In this document: positions 34,101-36,779 of the stretch, one piece after another | How positions within the stretch are numbered: the first letter of the stretch is position 1 | How the letters are laid out: each line of letters starts with the position of its first letter | Virus record (IMG/VR): IMGVR_UViG_3300042922_000906 | Span: 104,054-140,832 of that record | DNA from: a virus | Lineage: Duplodnaviria > Heunggongvirae > Uroviricota > Caudoviricetes | Strand: one strand, 5' to 3' | Length of the DNA stretch: 36,779 nucleotides | Program-made: the position numbers and the translations under genes | Notes under the pieces: generated by a model | What the model saw: the letters and a program-made list of their open reading frames with translations, nothing else | Database searches by the model: none | What the model was told of the DNA's origin: nothing

Positions 34101-36533
34101 TGTTATCCATCTGTCACTAATTGATAAATTATCTATTTTAGCATCTTGTAATATTTTAGCTGATTTCTTACTTAGATCAGAAGGTTTGAAGTCATAATAT
34201 TCATAACCGCTGCCCAAAATATTTGAAGAACTACCTAATGCATTCTTGGTATTTTCTTTAGCAAGATTAAGTGATGCCCGAAGACTATCTTCATTGGCTT
34301 TTAATTTCTCAAAAGATTCTTCACGAACCTTTTTGATTGATTCACCACGTGCATCATTGACCAAATTTATTGCATCTTTTTCCATTCCAAGCAACTTAAT
34401 TATTTGCTCTTGAACTGTCTTTAACTCTTGACGAGAAGATTCATCTTTAATAGTCAAAGAATTTAGTTGTTCATATTTACCCAATAATTCAGTTATGCTA
34501 TTTGTAGTTGTTTTGGCATTATCGGCAGATTCTTTTATTGACTGATTTAACTCTTCTTGCTTTTGCTTTGCAGAGTTGGTAATTGTTGTATATGCAGTTA
34601 AGCCTATAGCTATCCAACCAATTGGATTAGTTGCAAAAGATGTTAATATTGCAGAACCTAATGCTTTAAAAGACGTTGTTAACATTTGTGTTGTTGTTAA
34701 CAACCCCATTGATTGCAATTGCATTGCAGAAGAAATAGTTCTAAATTCTAACATACTGGATGAGGCTAATTTAGTAGATAAACTAAAACTTTTCATCCCA
34801 AGAATAGCCGATGTTAAAGCCGAACCTTTCCAAATTGCTAAAGCTGTTCCTGCTAAAATTAAAACCGATTGCAAATTACCGAATGTATCAGCTAATTTAA
34901 TCAAAGCATCTAATGTACCTTTTATTAGATTTGAATCTAAAGAATTTTGCCAAAAACCTTCCCAAGATGCAGTAAGTTTATCTAGTTTGGCTTGAGTAGA
35001 TTCTTGATATATATTAAATTTTTGTTCTGCTGTTCCAGCAGCATTTAATGCTGTTTCATAATTTTTTAGTGAATCATTGTAGTTACGAAGTAGGGTTATT
35101 CCTCTGTTACGTTGATAAGTTCCAAACATAGTCGTTGTCAAGTATGCTTGTTCATTTTTCGAAAGAGTGTTAAATTTAGCTCCAACTTCATCCATTATAT
35201 CAGCAAAATCACGAAGCTGACCTTGAGAATCTAGGGCAGTGATACCGACATCTGAAAGTGCTTTTACTACGTCATTTAATTTTGTTGCATCTTCTGAGTT
35301 AAAGCCTGTTTTCTTTATTGATTCATATCTGGAAATTACACTATTTAAGCTTCGACCAATAGTTGAGGCAGATTCTCTGGTTATACTACTGATGGTGGCA
35401 ATCCATGAAGCACTTTTTTCCAAACTTAAATTACTATTATCTGCTGCTGATGCAACTTTCTGTAAAGCTTCTCCTATCTCGTCAGCGCCGCTGGCAGTGG
35501 AGTCTCCTAATAGTGCAAATACGTCAATTATCTTTTGCACACTTTCACCAGTGGCATTAGCGGTGGCTGTTATAATTGAATTTGAATTATTTAGAGATAT
35601 AGATGAAATTTTTGCATACTGAATAATGGCCTTCATTCTATCTTCAACTTGTGTATCATTTAAACCTTGACGGTACAGATCAGCAGCAGTTCCAGTAATT
35701 TCTTTAGTTGTTACATACATTTCTTTAGCAAGAGTGTTATATGACTTAGCTAACGAAATAACTTCTGATTGTGTTTTATTAGTTACTATTCGAATTTCAT
35801 TTAAAGAATTATCAAGCTGTGAGAGATAAGATATTCCTTCTTTTAATTGCCGAAATGAACCATATACAAGACTTGTCGAGATACCCCAAATTGCTATTTT
35901 TTTAGCTGCAAGTTCAAGCATTTGCGTGAAAGAATAACCATCTTTATTTACATTTTTAAATTCATTCGATGCTTGTGCAACTTTTGTTCGTAAATTATCA
36001 AACTGTAAGCCTAAATCCTTAGTAGAAACTGCTCCACCTTTACTAAAAGATTCAAGCATGCCTTGCAGCTTACTTAACTCACTTTGAACTTCTTCGCTTG
36101 CAAATACTTTATCTTTTCCAATTTGTAATCGGGAAATGGCATTTTGCATCTTTTGAGCATAGATTTCAATGTTCTTTGTTGTCTGAGAGTTCAAACCAAT
36201 TTCTTTATTTTTTGCAGTTATTTCAGTTTCTTGTCTTTTTATGAAATCAAATAAACCCGTGTAAGCAACTTTTCTTTGCTGAACCTCATCTTTGGTTAAT
36301 TTTATATTGGTACTTGAAATGATTTTTCCGCTTGAAGTGACGGATTGCTCAATTTGTTTTTGTATATTTGTTAAACTGGCAGCAGTTTTTTGGATTTCTG
36401 AATTATCAATATTTAATTTAATATTAAGCTTTTCTAACTTTTTTTCTAATTCTTTAATTTTTAAATTAATGTCACCTTGAGAACCTGTCGTATCAAGTTT
36501 TGCCTTTAATAAAATTGAAAGACTATTATCCAC
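31167..36533 (-). CDS. Tail tape measure protein
   Basis: 1788 aa, largely helical; TP901-family-like core (LDNSLNEIRIVT, ASAADNSNLSLEKSASWIATISSITRESASTIGRSL), hydrophobic central segment, coiled coils. Confidence 0.93.
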   Translation of the reverse strand: MDNSLSILLKAKLDTTGSQGDINLKIKELEKKLEKLNIKLNIDNSEIQKTAASLTNIQKQIEQSVTSSGKIISSTNIKLTKDEVQQRKVAYTGLFDFIKRQETEITAKNKEIGLNSQTTKNIEIYAQKMQNAISRLQIGKDKVFASEEVQSELSKLQGMLESFSKGGAVSTKDLGLQFDNLRTKVAQASNEFKNVNKDGYSFTQMLELAAKKIAIWGISTSLVYGSFRQLKEGISYLSQLDNSLNEIRIVTNKTQSEVISLAKSYNTLAKEMYVTTKEITGTAADLYRQGLNDTQVEDRMKAIIQYAKISSISLNNSNSIITATANATGESVQKIIDVFALLGDSTASGADEIGEALQKVASAADNSNLSLEKSASWIATISSITRESASTIGRSLNSVISRYESIKKTGFNSEDATKLNDVVKALSDVGITALDSQGQLRDFADIMDEVGAKFNTLSKNEQAYLTTTMFGTYQRNRGITLLRNYNDSLKNYETALNAAGTAEQKFNIYQESTQAKLDKLTASWEGFWQNSLDSNLIKGTLDALIKLADTFGNLQSVLILAGTALAIWKGSALTSAILGMKSFSLSTKLASSSMLEFRTISSAMQLQSMGLLTTTQMLTTSFKALGSAILTSFATNPIGWIAIGLTAYTTITNSAKQKQEELNQSIKESADNAKTTTNSITELLGKYEQLNSLTIKDESSRQELKTVQEQIIKLLGMEKDAINLVNDARGESIKKVREESFEKLKANEDSLRASLNLAKENTKNALGSSSNILGSGYEYYDFKPSDLSKKSAKILQDAKIDNLSISDRWITTELEGANERIKVVQKAIDTLKNAGIKEGEVYNQLVKSRDNYQTMLDNENNALTELNKNLAAQGALQASITIGTPNKSNFEQFKKSAIEYIAQQQNVTSVSNDFRKVIYDQIDNMYPSLSGVINKTSKDTGNASQQLESYSQKLDEQNKAIDETQSSLKSLSELYYQVSEGQSLSSDQILDLIQQYPQIIQYMNSEGNLMISQQDLLKTLFELKKQDRIQTLQAEKDKADAVIASVQTQRDAYLGFYRAMGATLNLSENQAASMFGFDKASYDSAVKASADTQAKISALEKVTFKTYKPKTTSNSGRNRAELQQSESLIEKDRYYQLNQELNKTNNLLEKNAALQENATYEKKIKLLDEEIKLLKQKRINIHNIAEEERKERAELVASLKNQGVKFSGTGDNLSTTNAKSILDKSLDSVNAHGNDKDKTIYNNLKSQYDSLKSSLDRFFEIQLTDLPKAGKEWIQLSSNIDKINLDKISLSFDKFNDSLKPANNELEKLEHQYKMLGDSDYALKEKNLNEQLAVKNKMLITINKQINEYSKLMKAAKSDEIKKMYQDEIDSLTQQAYQLEEAAIERVNNLRIDAIEALKDAESKRHKKAMDDLDDELEKYQDNINSKIKALDELYAKEDYERNIANQDKDIQAKQNELNALSLDDSEQAQARKAQLQQELLELQSKKEDTQRDYAREQEKGLLNDLLDLKEKNINDQKKLEDAKYESFQTNIDKMLQGTTDFYNQQDNISKMSIDNVISYYENLNKTANGVYDNLISKLQQAKNLGMENPITPDSSLDSLMPSINENNIVGLADYLESRSHDVEWKDKSVYIDGKKIDKKDLNGSGIKLEADEHYYGKIADIKKLLAKYGITFDQGGLAYGKGFLFKDTIKPEEVLDPDNTVTFRNLVSQLPSIKEMLKSIDILKSYIPNISKFNPSNLVNNIGNNPVQITAHTTIIANESMDINQLVNKVETQVYTNIANRLITKGY

Positions 36534-36562
36534 TCATATCATCTCCTTTTAATTTCAAAAAT

Positions 36563-36594
36563 AAAAAAAAGAGGTGGCATAAGATATGTACCTC
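36563..36594 (-). terminator. Terminator-like hairpin just upstream of the tape measure gene
   Basis: GAGGT..CATA/TATGT.ACCTC bulged stem (36571-36594) followed by U8 on the minus strand. Confidence 0.5.
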
Positions 36595-36607
36595 TCAAAA
36601 AAATAAT

Positions 36608-36626
36608 CTATTATAAGATTTTAATT
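36608..36626 (-). promoter_or_regulatory. Degenerate copy 7 of repeated 19-bp motif (AATTAAAATCTTATAATAG)
   Basis: Three mismatches to the 26033 copy; upstream of the tape measure gene. Confidence 0.4.
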
Positions 36627-36671
36627 AATTTTCATTGTTAGGAATTACTAAAAATTTTTTGAAAACATAAG

Positions 36672-36710
36672 AAAAACAGGGAGGAGATATATAATCTCAA
36701 CCCTGTTTTT
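36672..36710. terminator. Bidirectional intrinsic terminator
   Basis: AAAAACAGGG...GAGAT-ATATA-ATCTC...CCCTGTTTTT. Confidence 0.75.
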
Positions 36711-36777
36711 TAGAAAATTGATTCATGAATACTAATTTGACTTCCATATGTTCGTTATACTGTTCTTCTGTTATTTT
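36697..36777 (-). CDS. C-terminus of a truncated gene with SHOCT-like end (KITEEQYNEHMEVKLVFMNQFSKKQG*)
   Basis: Only frame without an early stop from the window edge, ending at TGA 36697-36699 inside the terminator; ITEEQY motif. Confidence 0.5.
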   Translation of the reverse strand, partial: KITEEQYNEHMEVKLVFMNQFSKKQG

Positions 36778-36779
36778 AC

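Noticed and set aside
1256-36480. Opposite-strand or nested ORFs in the track (for example 1256-1465, 2792-2980, 3769-4290, 6497-6697, 9579-9893, 9930-10139, 10767-10997, 13686-13874, 14106-14300, 19853-20065, 21457-21648, 21528-21764, 22572-22868, 26036-26248, 26294-26584, 27184-27429, 27667-27849, 29890-30075, 31808-31990, 33314-33631, 34576-34995, 35239-35622, 36292-36480)
   Set aside because: They lie within or across well-supported genes, have no recognisable motifs and look like shadow frames
1-36779. CRISPR array, tRNA or rRNA genes, IS elements, arbitrium genes
   Set aside because: No regularly spaced direct repeats, cloverleaf candidates, transposase or TPR receptor/peptide pair recognised by eye

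Overview
This AT-rich window looks like part of a large temperate siphovirus of an anaerobic Firmicute (probably a clostridial host; inference), organised like the SPbeta family. Positions 1-17566 are mainly + strand: DnaE polymerase, RecD2-like helicase, a cluster of small accessory ORFs (YkgJ-like Cys cluster, NADAR-like, DUF488, orphan HicA), a nucleotide-supply module (glutaredoxin-like, NrdD, NrdG, a 59-aa ferredoxin-thioredoxin-reductase-like ORF missing from the ORF track, dUTPase, ThyX, dNMP kinase, HAD nucleotidase), a 51-aa ORF and a large serine integrase. Positions 17620-36779 are mainly - strand: two wall-binding lytic enzymes, a zinc-ribbon endonuclease, a CmpB/TMEM229-like membrane protein, tail fibre and partner, Tal, Dit and tape measure, interrupted by separately promoted and terminated morons. 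Phage genes flank the integrase on both sides, so this is probably the circular or excised form with attP intact. The strongest unannotated signals are a 19-bp motif containing TATAAT found seven times upstream of gene blocks, a TAAAA-N6-TTTTA inverted repeat at many gene boundaries, and a possible self-contained thiol-redox chain around the class III RNR. All family assignments come from motif recognition by eye; no database searches were run.
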